A DNA stretch of 64,000 bases. Source: an uncultured Gammaproteobacteria bacterium. Lineage in GTDB: Bacteria; Patescibacteriota; Patescibacteriia; Magasanikbacterales; GWA2-37-8. The notes beneath the pieces are model-generated. The model was given only the letters and a program-made list of their open reading frames with translations. It ran no database searches and was not told the origin of the DNA. Both the position numbers and the translations under genes were made by a program. Positions within the stretch are counted from its first letter, which is position 1; every line of letters begins with the position of its first letter. Shown in pieces: positions 47,941-57,693 of the stretch. The stretch is from assembly GCA_964596525.1 (NCBI GenBank), contig CAZQUL010000001.1, positions 12,830 to 76,829 on the forward strand. Direction: 5' to 3'.

Positions 47941-48867
47941 CTATGGCATGAGCACACAGGAGCCCGCCTCACCCATGTACTGGGCGGGGCAGGGGTCCGG
48001 GGTGACGATCGCCTTGGCGGCCACGTCCCAGTACGCCGGGCGCACGCTGAACGTGGCATTGCGCGTCCGAACCGTGGTGATGCCGCCCGGCGACACGACG
48101 TAGACCGTCTTGTTCGCCACGGGAACAGGGCGGCAGTTCCCACCCGCATCACAGACATCGACGTTGCCGGAGATCGTCCCCTGGCCGTCGACCGCGATGC
48201 CGACGAGGACCCGCGGACCGTTCGCCTTCACGTAGATGCCGCCACCCGGGGCGAGCGCACGCGAGTTCTGGTCGAAGCTCACAGGCATGGCGAACGTCGA
48301 AGGGCGCGAGACGCAGACCACGTCAGACACGACCGGATCGCTCTCGATCTTGTTGCAGGCTCCTCCGATGGGCTCCGCGTAGGGGCAGCCGGGGCGGGCC
48401 GGATCCTCGTACTGTCCGCGCGCCTCGTTGGGGCACTGGTCGTTCGCATCGGCGATGCCGTCGTTGTCGTTGTCCGGGTCGGGGCAGCCGTCGTCGTCCT
48501 TGAAGCCGTCCTTGTCCTCGGCCTCGTTCGGGCACTGGTCGCCCGTGTCCTGGAAGCCGTCCTTGTCCTTGTCGTTGTCGGGCGTGGCTTCGCAGTTGAT
48601 CGCCGCGAACTGGGACATGTCCTCGCCATCGAGGCAGGCCGCCTGGTCGCCGGTGTTGGGGCAGTACTTCTGCTTGTCGGCGAAGACCTCGGCTCCGCCG
48701 CGGCACAGGCCGTTGCCCTTCTGGGCACACTGATCGCTGCACCACTGCGGCGGGCCCTTGAGCCAGCTGCTAAACACTGAGTCGCAGCCGCTCACGAAGA
48801 ACGCTGCGATGCTCAGACACAGCACGCCAGCCGAGCGATAGACATTCTTGCCAATCTTCTTGCTCAT
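47941..48867 (-). CDS. lipoprotein, paralog C of TSP3-repeat family (three Asp-rich repeats)
   Basis: Start MSKKIG after GGAGGGA; lipobox VSGC. Repeats DKDKDGFQDTGDQCPNEAEDKDGFKDDDGCPDPDNDNDGIADANDQCP; RPGCPY present. Confidence 0.65.
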   Translation of the reverse strand: MSKKIGKNVYRSAGVLCLSIAAFFVSGCDSVFSSWLKGPPQWCSDQCAQKGNGLCRGGAEVFADKQKYCPNTGDQAACLDGEDMSQFAAINCEATPDNDKDKDGFQDTGDQCPNEAEDKDGFKDDDGCPDPDNDNDGIADANDQCPNEARGQYEDPARPGCPYAEPIGGACNKIESDPVVSDVVCVSRPSTFAMPVSFDQNSRALAPGGGIYVKANGPRVLVGIAVDGQGTISGNVDVCDAGGNCRPVPVANKTVYVVSPGGITTVRTRNATFSVRPAYWDVAAKAIVTPDPCPAQYMGEAGSCVLMP

Positions 48868-49139
48868 GACGATTCCCTCCCTATGCACTTCGATTTTCAA
48901 GGCTATCCCAATTTTGGAACCATTCCTCATTGGGACGATATAACGATGATTAGCATACCACAAAATCTGCCTATTGTCAAGACTATTTCGGGAACTATGT
49001 AGAGACGCTTTTTTCATTTAAATAAGCGAAAAAACCTTGTGTGCTTCTATTTGTTTAAGAATTGCCTACGAACTAGAATTAATATGACGGTAAGGAAGTC
49101 TGATGGTTGTGCAATTTTATCTCATATAAGCCAAACTTA

Positions 49140-49168
49140 TTGACACCGCGGCGCTTTTTACCTATACT
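49140..49168 (+). promoter_or_regulatory. promoter for infB (TTGACA-17-TATACT)
   Basis: ttgacaccgcggcgctttttacctatact, about 30 nt before the start codon. Confidence 0.55.
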
Positions 49169-49197
49169 TCCCCCATCACTCTTCTCTTCTACTCCGT

Positions 49198-51216
49198 ATG
49201 AATGTTTCAGAACTCGCCCGCCAGCTTGGGGTGCACCCGCCCCAGAAACTCCTGCAGATCTTGCCGGAATTTGGTTTTGATATTGGCGCTCGGGCGGTAA
49301 AAATTGATGACCGCGTGGCTGAACAGATTAAAAAGGAGTGGCGCCGTATCAAATTCATCATTGAACAGCGCGAACGTGCTGAACGTGAAAAGCAACGCGA
49401 ACTAGAGCGCCAGGCCCGCAAAGAAGCCGGCTTATTGGTAGAAATTCCTAACCTCATAACGGTTAAGGATTTGGCGCAGCGCTTATCGCTTCCGGTCAAC
49501 AAGCTCATCGTGGAACTCATGAAAAACGGCGTTCTGGCTACTCAAAACGAAAATATCGACCACGACACGGCCTCGATCATCGCAAGCGAGCTTGGGTTCA
49601 CCGTTAAAGCCCAAGACAAAACTGCCCAAACACCCCAGGACACGCAATTCGTTGAAGAGCTGGCCGCTAAACTTACCGAACACCTCACTACGCCGCGCGC
49701 TCCGATCGTGGTCGTGATGGGTCACGTTGACCACGGTAAAACCACGCTTCTTGATGCCGTGCGGAGCGCTGACGTAGCAGCCGGCGAAGCCGGTGGCATC
49801 ACCCAGCATATCGGCGCCTACCAAGTAGCTTGGAAAAATCCCAAGACCAAAGCCGAAAGCAATCTCACCTTCATCGACACGCCGGGCCACGAAGCGTTCA
49901 CTGTCATGAGAAGCCGCGGTGCCAAAGTAGCCGACATCGCGATTCTGGTCGTTGCCGCCGATGATGGCGTGAAGCCGCAGACCGTCGAAGCCATAAATAT
50001 TATTAAAGCTGCCAAACTACCAACCGTTGTCGCTATCAATAAAATCGACAAACCAGGCGCAGACATCGAACGCGTCAAAAGCGAACTCGCGCAGCACAAC
50101 ATCATTTCCGATGCCTGGGGCGGCGATATTCCGATGGTTGAAATTTCTGCCAAACAAAAACTCCATATCGACAAGCTCCTCGACACTCTTCTTTTGGTCG
50201 CCGACCTTAACGCCGAAAGCATCAAGGCCGACCCAGAACTGCCAGCCGCCGGCACGGTCATCGAAGCCAAAGTGGACAAAGGCGAAGGTGCGGTGGTTAC
50301 CATTCTCGTACAAACAGGAACACTCCGGGTGAACGACCCCTTGGTCGTCAACGGCGAGATCTACGGCAAGGCGCGCGCGCTTAAAAACTACCGCGGCGAA
50401 ACCATCAAAGAGGCTGGGCCAAGTACGCCGGCCCGTATTCTGGGCTTCAAAATCGCTCCGCGCGTCGGTGACGTACTTGATGTCGCTGCCGCAAGTAGCG
50501 CAAGTGCTGTTAACCTCAAAACCAAACGCACCGAACAAACCGGTGCGGAACGCAGCATTGTCGCTGATGTCAATCGTGACACGGACGAACCGACTGCCAT
50601 TCTCAATGTGGTCGTCAAAGCCGATACGCTTGGCTCACTCGAAGCCCTGGTTGGCTCGCTTGAACGCATCAAGAACAACGAGGCTGGCGTTAAAATCGTC
50701 AGTAAAGGCCTCGGCAACATCATGGCCGACGACGTTAATCGCGCGGAAGCCGCGCACGCACTACTTTTCGGCTTCAACGTCACTACCACCCCGATCGCAT
50801 TCGAACTCATCAACAAAAGCGGTGTGCGTTACTTTGAATATCGCGTCATCTACGATCTCATCGACAAAATAAAAGTCGAGCTCGAAAAAATCCTCAACCC
50901 CGAGCTCATCACGAAAGAACTTGGCAACTTCAAAGTGCTTGCCCTCTTCAAAACCGAAAAGAATAACCAGATCATCGGCGGTCGCGTAGAAATGGGCAAG
51001 ATCAGCAAAGATGCCAAGGTGCGCGTCAAACGTTCTGGCGAAATCATCGGCGTCGGAAAAATCGCTAAACTCCAGCTTGGCCGCCAGGAGCTCGGCGAGG
51101 TCCAGTCCGGATCCGAGTGCGGCGTCGAATACCATGGTAAACTGAAAGTAGAAGTAGGCGATGTGCTTGAAGCCTATAGTGAAGAGAAGAAAGAAAAGAA
51201 ACTCGTACTGAACTAA
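49198..51216 (+). CDS. infB: translation initiation factor IF-2
   Basis: G-domain motifs GHVDHGKTTLLD, DTPGH and NKID. Confidence 0.95.
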   Translation: MNVSELARQLGVHPPQKLLQILPEFGFDIGARAVKIDDRVAEQIKKEWRRIKFIIEQRERAEREKQRELERQARKEAGLLVEIPNLITVKDLAQRLSLPVNKLIVELMKNGVLATQNENIDHDTASIIASELGFTVKAQDKTAQTPQDTQFVEELAAKLTEHLTTPRAPIVVVMGHVDHGKTTLLDAVRSADVAAGEAGGITQHIGAYQVAWKNPKTKAESNLTFIDTPGHEAFTVMRSRGAKVADIAILVVAADDGVKPQTVEAINIIKAAKLPTVVAINKIDKPGADIERVKSELAQHNIISDAWGGDIPMVEISAKQKLHIDKLLDTLLLVADLNAESIKADPELPAAGTVIEAKVDKGEGAVVTILVQTGTLRVNDPLVVNGEIYGKARALKNYRGETIKEAGPSTPARILGFKIAPRVGDVLDVAAASSASAVNLKTKRTEQTGAERSIVADVNRDTDEPTAILNVVVKADTLGSLEALVGSLERIKNNEAGVKIVSKGLGNIMADDVNRAEAAHALLFGFNVTTTPIAFELINKSGVRYFEYRVIYDLIDKIKVELEKILNPELITKELGNFKVLALFKTEKNNQIIGGRVEMGKISKDAKVRVKRSGEIIGVGKIAKLQLGRQELGEVQSGSECGVEYHGKLKVEVGDVLEAYSEEKKEKKLVLN

Positions 51217-51325
51217 AGAGGGAAACAGCACCGGTAGATAAGCACATGCCAAGCCACTGTTTACTTTTTACCGCCCACCGTTTACTCTTCAAGATACACC
51301 TTCACTCATTAACATTTTTATTCAT

Positions 51326-51649
51326 ATGGAAAAACACTTCACGGACGCCACGTTCCAAGCCGAAGTCCTTAACTCTTCCACGCCCGTCTTCGTTGATTTC
51401 TGGGCACCCTGGTGCGGACCATGCCAAATGATGGGTCCGATCGTCGAGGAATTGGCTGCGGAATACGCCGGCAAAAACATCGTTATCGGCAAATGCAACG
51501 TTGACGAAAACCCAAACAGCGCGTCCGAATACGGCGTGATGAGCATCCCCACCTTCATCGTATTCAAGGGTGGCAAGCCGGTCGACCAGGTCGTTGGCGG
51601 CACACAGAAAGAAACACTCCAGCAACTCATCGATAAACATCTTGCGTAA
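51326..51649 (+). CDS. trxA: thioredoxin
   Basis: [11 protein letters not shown] active site; 107 aa. Confidence 0.9.
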   Translation: MEKHFTDATFQAEVLNSSTPVFVDFWAPWCGPCQMMGPIVEELAAEYAGKNIVIGKCNVDENPNSASEYGVMSIPTFIVFKGGKPVDQVVGGTQKETLQQLIDKHLA

Positions 51650-51666
51650 TTCTCTGAGGGCAGACC

Positions 51667-52656
51667 ATGTGTCTGTCCCTCGTTGTTTTTAACCGTATGA
51701 ATAAACGCATCATTATCGGCCTCGTTATCGTACTAGTTCTTGCTTCATCAGGCTATCTTCTTTCCGAGAAAATAAAAAACCATAGCTACTCTGAAGAGGT
51801 TTCTTACTCTTCAAGCGGAGGAAGCGGCGGATACGATGTCGCCGCCGATTCAATAGCGCTCACTGACACAGCGTATGCCAAAAACGGAGAGGGTATGGCG
51901 CAGCAACGTGCTATGAGCAACGCGGTACCAACCGGTATGCCGCTGCCGCCAAGCGTTCAACCGGGCGTCGCACCGGACGTACAAGAGCGCATGGTAGTGC
52001 GTAACGGTACTGTTTCTTTAGTCGTTAAAAATGTTTCCACTACGGCTGATGCCATTTACAGCCTGGTCGCGCGCTCGAACGGTTTTATCGGCAGCAGCAG
52101 TTTGTATAAAAACGGGACAGCACTCATCGGCACGCTCACACTGCGCATTCCCGTAAAAAACTTCGACGCAGTCGTTGCGGAAATAAAAACCATGGGCGAA
52201 CTCGTGAACGAGAATTTCCAGGGCGTTGACGTGACCGCCCAGTACGTCGATCTTGATTCTAATCTGCGCAACCTGCGCGCCACCGAAGAACAACTTCTTC
52301 TCATCATGAAGAAAGCCACGCGCATTTCGGACGTGCTTGAAGTACAAAACCAGCTCACCTACACGCGCGGGCAGATCCAGACCATACAAGGACAGATGAA
52401 TTATTTGAAGCAGACTTCTGATTACGCCTCGCTCACCGTTACCCTTACAACCGACCCAAGCACCTTGCCAGTGGTAGAAAAAGAAGGCGAAAAATGGCGC
52501 CCGCTTGCGACATTCAAAGCGGCGATCCGTACGCTTATCTCGTTTGCGCAAGCGCTGGTGGACATTCTCATCTGGTTCGTTATCTTCCTGCCGCTCGCCG
52601 CACTTGTCTTAGGTGGCATCTACTGGATGGTACGCAAAACGCTCATCAAACGATAA
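51667..52656 (+). CDS. DUF4349-like membrane protein (N-terminal TM, coiled coil, C-terminal TM)
   Basis: The architecture and the segment TLRIPVKNFDAVVAEIKTMGELVNE...LTVTL match DUF4349 family proteins. Confidence 0.55.
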   Translation: MCLSLVVFNRMNKRIIIGLVIVLVLASSGYLLSEKIKNHSYSEEVSYSSSGGSGGYDVAADSIALTDTAYAKNGEGMAQQRAMSNAVPTGMPLPPSVQPGVAPDVQERMVVRNGTVSLVVKNVSTTADAIYSLVARSNGFIGSSSLYKNGTALIGTLTLRIPVKNFDAVVAEIKTMGELVNENFQGVDVTAQYVDLDSNLRNLRATEEQLLLIMKKATRISDVLEVQNQLTYTRGQIQTIQGQMNYLKQTSDYASLTVTLTTDPSTLPVVEKEGEKWRPLATFKAAIRTLISFAQALVDILIWFVIFLPLAALVLGGIYWMVRKTLIKR

Positions 52657-52666
52657 TCATAAAACT

Positions 52667-52700
52667 AAAAACTACCTCGCATGGACGAGGTAGTTTTTAG
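52667..52700. terminator. bidirectional terminator
   Basis: Perfect 12-bp stem aaaactacctcg/cgaggtagtttt with loop catgga. Confidence 0.8.
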
Positions 52701-52704
52701 TTTG

Positions 52705-53538
52705 CTAGCGGGCCGCAAGAATAGGCGTAGAAGTAACTCCGGGGGTGACACCGACTACCGTCGGGGTAGCGAGTGGTTTGCGGGGCGTGGCGCCCTTCAC
52801 TTCTACCGTATCACCCACCTGGAGGAATGCATATAACGCTTCTACGTCCTTGTACGCCACGTTTACGCAACCATGACTCATCGGGCGGATGCCGAACTGA
52901 TTATGCCAGTACGCGCCATGGATATAGTAGCTGCGCTTGAATTCCAGATTCCATTTGGTGTTGGGCAAATTGTAGCCTGGGCCGATGTAGTGCACAACCG
53001 GAACTTTGCGTATGACGCTAAAGGTGCCAAGCGGCGTTGGGGTACTGAGCTTGCCGCTTGAAACCGGCATGTCCCCAACAAGGACATTGTTGAGATAGTA
53101 GCTAAGCCGTTGCGTAGTAAGGTCTACAATCACTTTGCGCGGCAGCGCTGTATCGCGCCCTGCTTCCAGGGGATTGCCGCCTTTTTTAACCTCTTCGCCA
53201 TCATTTTTACCGTCTTTATCGGTATCGGCTTTGCCCAGATCGGTACCAAGCTTGAGCTCTAAGGCATCGCTTAAACCGTCTTTATCAGTATCCACCTCGG
53301 AGAGGCGCTTGCCGGCGGCAAGCGGCGAGTAATCGGCAAAAACTTCTTCTGCATCCGAAAAACCGTCGCCGTCGGTATCGGTTTTTTTAGGATCAGTATG
53401 ATACACGGCTACTTCCTCATGGTCGAACAAATTATCACCATCAGCATCAAATGCTGACACCTGCGCCTGAACTGAGGGGGCGCAGAGCAGTGCAGTTGCA
53501 ACCGCACAACCGAGCACAATATTCTTCATCATATGCAT
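52705..53538 (-). CDS. L,D-transpeptidase (YkuD) with N-terminal TSP3/dockerin-like Ca-binding repeats
   Basis: Catalytic HGCVNV; repeats DTDGDGFSDAEE, DTDKDGLSDALE and DTDKDGKNDGEE; signal peptide. Confidence 0.75.
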   Translation of the reverse strand: MHMMKNIVLGCAVATALLCAPSVQAQVSAFDADGDNLFDHEEVAVYHTDPKKTDTDGDGFSDAEEVFADYSPLAAGKRLSEVDTDKDGLSDALELKLGTDLGKADTDKDGKNDGEEVKKGGNPLEAGRDTALPRKVIVDLTTQRLSYYLNNVLVGDMPVSSGKLSTPTPLGTFSVIRKVPVVHYIGPGYNLPNTKWNLEFKRSYYIHGAYWHNQFGIRPMSHGCVNVAYKDVEALYAFLQVGDTVEVKGATPRKPLATPTVVGVTPGVTSTPILAAR

Positions 53539-53591
53539 ACCTTCTACCTCTAGTCAGAGACTCATGAGGGTACTATGTAAGTAAGATTATA

Positions 53592-54497
53592 TTAATAGTG
53601 ATTGAAAATACCTTTTCCGTCAAACCGGAAACTACCAGCTTCGTCGGTGCGCCAAACAGGTATTCCGGCACGTTCCAAACGGCGCAGCACTCGGCGTGAG
53701 GGGTGGCCGAACCGATTCTGTTCGCCCGCAGAAATTATGGCTTCGCGTGGCGCAACAGCGGCAATAAAATCTTCGCTGCTTGACGTATCGCTGCCATGGT
53801 GGCCGACCTTAAGGATCGGCGCACTAAGCTTCGGGCAGGAGAACTGTTTGACAGTTGAGGTAACGGACGTTGCAGGATCAGTATTACAGTACGTGGTGAG
53901 CAAAAACTGCTCAAGCGGCGCTTCCGCATCACCCGTAAAGAGCACGAGCGGTTTGCGCTCCGGGTCCACCAAACGAAAGACGATCGATGAGTTATTACTG
54001 TCTGCCGACTCACCGCTAAAACGTGGGTGCGGCGAAAGAATTTCGAACGCATACCCATCTATCTCCCAGACGTCCGGCGCCGTTACTGCGGCAAGCGGGA
54101 TTGCCCGTTCCTCAAAAGAACGCAATAGCTCTTTCCAAGCCGCATCATCCTTATCGTGACCATTGATGATGACGGCATGTACGGCGTAGCGCTCGACGAT
54201 TCCTTGGCACCCGGCATAGTGGTCGCTATCGGGATGTGTGATAACCAAAAAATCGATAGAACGGTCGTACCAGGGCAAAAGGCGCCCCACCTCGGCAAGC
54301 ACACGGCGGTCAGGGCCGCAATCGATGAGGATACGTTTACCGGAAGGAAGCGTTATAAAAGTTGCATCGCCTTGCCCTACATCAAGAAAATCGACGTAAA
54401 AACCTTGTTTTGAATGGGCGATGAACGCACCGATACTCAGGATAGTCATGACAACCACAGCGACGATAACGCACTGGCGAAAAAACGACACACGCAC
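53592..54497 (-). CDS. ComEC C-terminal-type metallo-beta-lactamase domain protein (stand-alone, TM-anchored)
   Basis: VGQGDATFITLPSGKRILIDCGPD and HPDSDHY, as in the ComEC/Rec2 MBL domain. Confidence 0.7.
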   Translation of the reverse strand: MRVSFFRQCVIVAVVVMTILSIGAFIAHSKQGFYVDFLDVGQGDATFITLPSGKRILIDCGPDRRVLAEVGRLLPWYDRSIDFLVITHPDSDHYAGCQGIVERYAVHAVIINGHDKDDAAWKELLRSFEERAIPLAAVTAPDVWEIDGYAFEILSPHPRFSGESADSNNSSIVFRLVDPERKPLVLFTGDAEAPLEQFLLTTYCNTDPATSVTSTVKQFSCPKLSAPILKVGHHGSDTSSSEDFIAAVAPREAIISAGEQNRFGHPSRRVLRRLERAGIPVWRTDEAGSFRFDGKGIFNHY

Positions 54498-55114
54498 TAT
54501 TTATTAATCTGTGCCGCGAAAAGTTCGGCGATCCACTGTCCGTTTTCGGTGATGCGCTCGCGACGCAAGATGGTAAAAAGGCTTTCTTCGAGCGCTTCAG
54601 CCACTGCTTCGGGACGGTGATAGTACGACTCGATCTTAACAATTCCTTGGGCTGTCTTGATTTCTGGCGGATCTTTCTGGTTGATAGCTGAAACGATAAA
54701 ACGGCCGTTAGGCACAAGTACGCGCCGCACTTCATCAAAGAAGTAATCGAGCCGTTTGAGGTGCACGATAAGGAAAAGCGCGGTCACCACATCGAATGAA
54801 GCATCGGGAAAGGGTATGTTTTCGGCTTCTCCCACGACAGTTGTAAGCCGCGCACTCCGCCCTTGTGCCACTTTGAGCATGGCCGGCGAATGATCAAGCA
54901 CAACTACTTCTCGGGCAGTAGCCGCAAACTTAACCGCTGTGCGGCCGGTACCACCACCCACATCAAGCAAACGCTGACCCGAAATGTCGCCGGTAAGCGC
55001 CCCAAGCATGCCCTGCTCAAAAGAATCCAGATACGCCTCATAGCGCCGGTACAGGGGCGCCACCGCTTCGTATCCAGCCTGTGAGGGCAGAAATTGTATT
55101 CGTTTTGAGGACAT
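54497..55114 (-). CDS. class I SAM-dependent methyltransferase
   Basis: LLDVGGGTGRTAVKFA motif I. The stop/start overlaps the downstream gene. Confidence 0.8.
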   Translation of the reverse strand: MSSKRIQFLPSQAGYEAVAPLYRRYEAYLDSFEQGMLGALTGDISGQRLLDVGGGTGRTAVKFAATAREVVVLDHSPAMLKVAQGRSARLTTVVGEAENIPFPDASFDVVTALFLIVHLKRLDYFFDEVRRVLVPNGRFIVSAINQKDPPEIKTAQGIVKIESYYHRPEAVAEALEESLFTILRRERITENGQWIAELFAAQINK

Positions 55115-55131
55115 AGCAAACTATATCGGGG

Positions 55132-56676
55132 TTATCGCACAGTTCGCTTATGCATGTCAATCCTTAAACGTGTATAACCAATACCGAAGATAAGCGCAGC
55201 ATACGCGGCAAACATGCCGAAGCGGCCCATCGCTACCGACACCACAGCAAACGGCACACGAGCCAACAAGCGCAGAAGATAAAAAATGATCCGCACTAAA
55301 CCGCCGGCTACAACACCCACTACGCTTCCCAACCCCTCATGCACCAAACCAACAAGAGTGGCAATAAAAGCAAAGAACATGATGAACGACGTGAGGGGCA
55401 CAACCAAGGTATTAGCTACAAGAGCAACAAGCGACACGCGGCCGAAATAGTACATAATGAACGGCAAGGTGCTGATGGTTGCAGATAACGTGGTAAGGCC
55501 AGCCTCGGCAAGAGCCGCCACAACACCCGTGAACCTCTTCCTCGGCACCCACCGCTCGAGGAGCGGCTGCACATACAGCAAACCGAGCGTTGCCGCCACT
55601 GAGAGATGAAAACCGATATCAAAAAGCAAGCTATACGGACTGAAGGTGATAAGAACGGCCACGGCATACATTATAAGGAGAGCTGGATTAAGCCGTCGGC
55701 TCATCTGGCGCGCCATAAGGGTGATAACCACCATGATACCAGCCCGCACCACCGAAGCCGAGGCACCGGCGAAAAGGACAAACACAATAATCGCCGCCAC
55801 GGTGATAAACCAGGTTTTACGCTCCGAAAGACCGCCCCATATAAACGCCTGCGCCACCGCGACAATGATAATGTTGAGATTCGCACCCGAAACTGCGATG
55901 AGGTGCGTTACCCCGGTTGCTGCAAATAAATCTGTTAAAGCCGGTGGCAAACCGGATCGGCTGCCATAGAGAATGCCCGCGATAAAACTCGACTCCGGTT
56001 CTTTCCATACTGCATCGATAGCGCGAGCCACCCGGGAACGCACTGCAAAAAGTATACGCCAAAACACCGACGACTCTCCTTTCCCCACAACTCCAATAGC
56101 TGAAGCCGTGCATTCGCCTACAAAACCGTTGATCCAGGCGTAGCGATCATACCGGAAAGCTTCATCGACAGCTGCCTCGGGGATACGCGGCGTACACGCA
56201 AACCGCACCAGGTCTCCGTAACGAGGCCCACTCTCACGCGGCGCACGAACGCGCAGCGCGACGGATTGTAGTTTTTCGGGACGTTCTATTTGCACGAGGT
56301 AGTACGTTCGGTCTAACCGGCGATCTGGATCATGCACGACCACCCCTTCAATATTAATCCGTTTACCTACCGCGGACGCGATACGTTCTACCGCCACAGC
56401 CGGCGTCGCGGTTTCTACGCGCCAGATGGCAAGAGTAGCTGCCAAACCAGCGGCTATCAACAAACGCAACTGCGGCCTACTCCACCACAAGCTTACCGCA
56501 CATAACAACCCGATCACCGCAAAAGGTATCAAAAAACTTATCGCGGCAACCACAGTTGGCGCTACGGTGCTCCACCCGATCGCAACGATATAGGTAACAA
56601 AAAAGACAACAACCACACCGTGCGCGCTATACCAGGGAAACCGCCGCCATCGCGAGAAGATATTCATATGAGACAA
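55132..56676 (-). CDS. comEC: ComEC/Rec2 N-terminal part (DUF4131 plus competence membrane domain), lacking the MBL domain
   Basis: THLIAVSGANLNII (compare HLLAISGLH), ASVVRAGIMV and FHLSVAATLGL competence-domain motifs; many TM helices. Confidence 0.75.
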   Translation of the reverse strand: MSHMNIFSRWRRFPWYSAHGVVVVFFVTYIVAIGWSTVAPTVVAAISFLIPFAVIGLLCAVSLWWSRPQLRLLIAAGLAATLAIWRVETATPAVAVERIASAVGKRINIEGVVVHDPDRRLDRTYYLVQIERPEKLQSVALRVRAPRESGPRYGDLVRFACTPRIPEAAVDEAFRYDRYAWINGFVGECTASAIGVVGKGESSVFWRILFAVRSRVARAIDAVWKEPESSFIAGILYGSRSGLPPALTDLFAATGVTHLIAVSGANLNIIIVAVAQAFIWGGLSERKTWFITVAAIIVFVLFAGASASVVRAGIMVVITLMARQMSRRLNPALLIMYAVAVLITFSPYSLLFDIGFHLSVAATLGLLYVQPLLERWVPRKRFTGVVAALAEAGLTTLSATISTLPFIMYYFGRVSLVALVANTLVVPLTSFIMFFAFIATLVGLVHEGLGSVVGVVAGGLVRIIFYLLRLLARVPFAVVSVAMGRFGMFAAYAALIFGIGYTRLRIDMHKRTVR

Positions 56677-56721
56677 AACACTCTGGGGTATCCCAGAGTG
56701 TTGTACGTAATGAGTGTATCT

Positions 56722-57168
56722 TTACAAAAAGAGGGCTACGAAACTGTTCGTCGGCCGACCAATGGCGATATTGATCGCCATGCTGGTCAACGAATACGAG
56801 GAGAGAATAATGACGAGACCAATCGTAGCGTTGCGGATGGTATGTTTGGCTTTATCGATCTGTTCGTCGTTGCCACCGGCCGTGAGCCAGAGATAACCGG
56901 CGTACAACATGTAGCAAAAGACGATAATAGCCAAGAGCCGCAGAATGGAGCGCACCAAAAGCATGATGGTTACCCGTGGATCCACCGGATCACCAAAACC
57001 AGCACCGCGTTTGCCGCCAGCAGCAGCAAGCTGCGCGCCAATGTCTTCACCTACGCCGGTATCTTGCGCTTGTACAGGCAGAGCCGGAAGAGCGATTGGA
57101 AGCGCAACCAAAACTGCCATACCAAGGAAGGCGAGGGTGCGTTGAACGCGGCGAGCAAACGTAGCCAT
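56722..57168 (-). CDS. VirB2/TrbC-like pilin-family protein (array member 1)
   Basis: Signal peptide, then YAGYLWLTAGGNDEQIDKAKHTIRNATIGLVIILSSYSL. Confidence 0.65.
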   Translation of the reverse strand: MATFARRVQRTLAFLGMAVLVALPIALPALPVQAQDTGVGEDIGAQLAAAGGKRGAGFGDPVDPRVTIMLLVRSILRLLAIIVFCYMLYAGYLWLTAGGNDEQIDKAKHTIRNATIGLVIILSSYSLTSMAINIAIGRPTNSFVALFL

Positions 57169-57199
57169 ACAAAATGAAGAAAGGTAAAAGAAACGAGAT

Positions 57200-57685
57200 C
57201 TAGAAAACGTAATTCCACCAGTTATCTTTGAAGGATTTGCCAAAACTAGTCCAAAAACCGCCTGTACCGTAGCCCGGGCCAACGGAACCACTTGAGGGCG
57301 CACCCGACGTAAGCGCAACGACACCTACCAAGAAGGCCGACAAACCATAGGCCGCCATTACCACGACAAGACCCATAGTAGAGGTCTTAATGATATCTTT
57401 TGCCTTATCGACCTGACCTTCATCACCCTGCGCCGTGAGCCACAAGAAACCGGCGTATACGAGCAGGATGAAAAAAATAGTACCGATAAGCGACATGGCG
57501 ATGCGGATGATGCGGCCGATGGTTTCGGACAAGGTCGTATCCGTCACTTGTTTAACATCGTAACCGCTTTTTCCAGCCACTTCTTCGGTTAAACTCATAA
57601 TGTCCGGCTGAGCCAGAGAAACGACCGGCAAAGCGAAGGCGGTCGTAGCTACAACACCGAGAATAAGGCGCGATACTTTTGTCAT
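57200..57685 (-). CDS. VirB2/TrbC-like pilin-family protein (2)
   Basis: YAGFLWLTAQGDEGQVDKAKDIIKTSTMGLVVVMAAYGLS. Confidence 0.7.
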   Translation of the reverse strand: MTKVSRLILGVVATTAFALPVVSLAQPDIMSLTEEVAGKSGYDVKQVTDTTLSETIGRIIRIAMSLIGTIFFILLVYAGFLWLTAQGDEGQVDKAKDIIKTSTMGLVVVMAAYGLSAFLVGVVALTSGAPSSGSVGPGYGTGGFWTSFGKSFKDNWWNYVF

Positions 57686-57693
57686 ACCAGAAA

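Noticed and set aside
47875-48780. 301-aa + ORF and Arg-rich minus ORFs 48279..48745
   Set aside because: Out-of-frame or antisense shadows within the GC-rich Asp-repeat region of lipoprotein paralog C.
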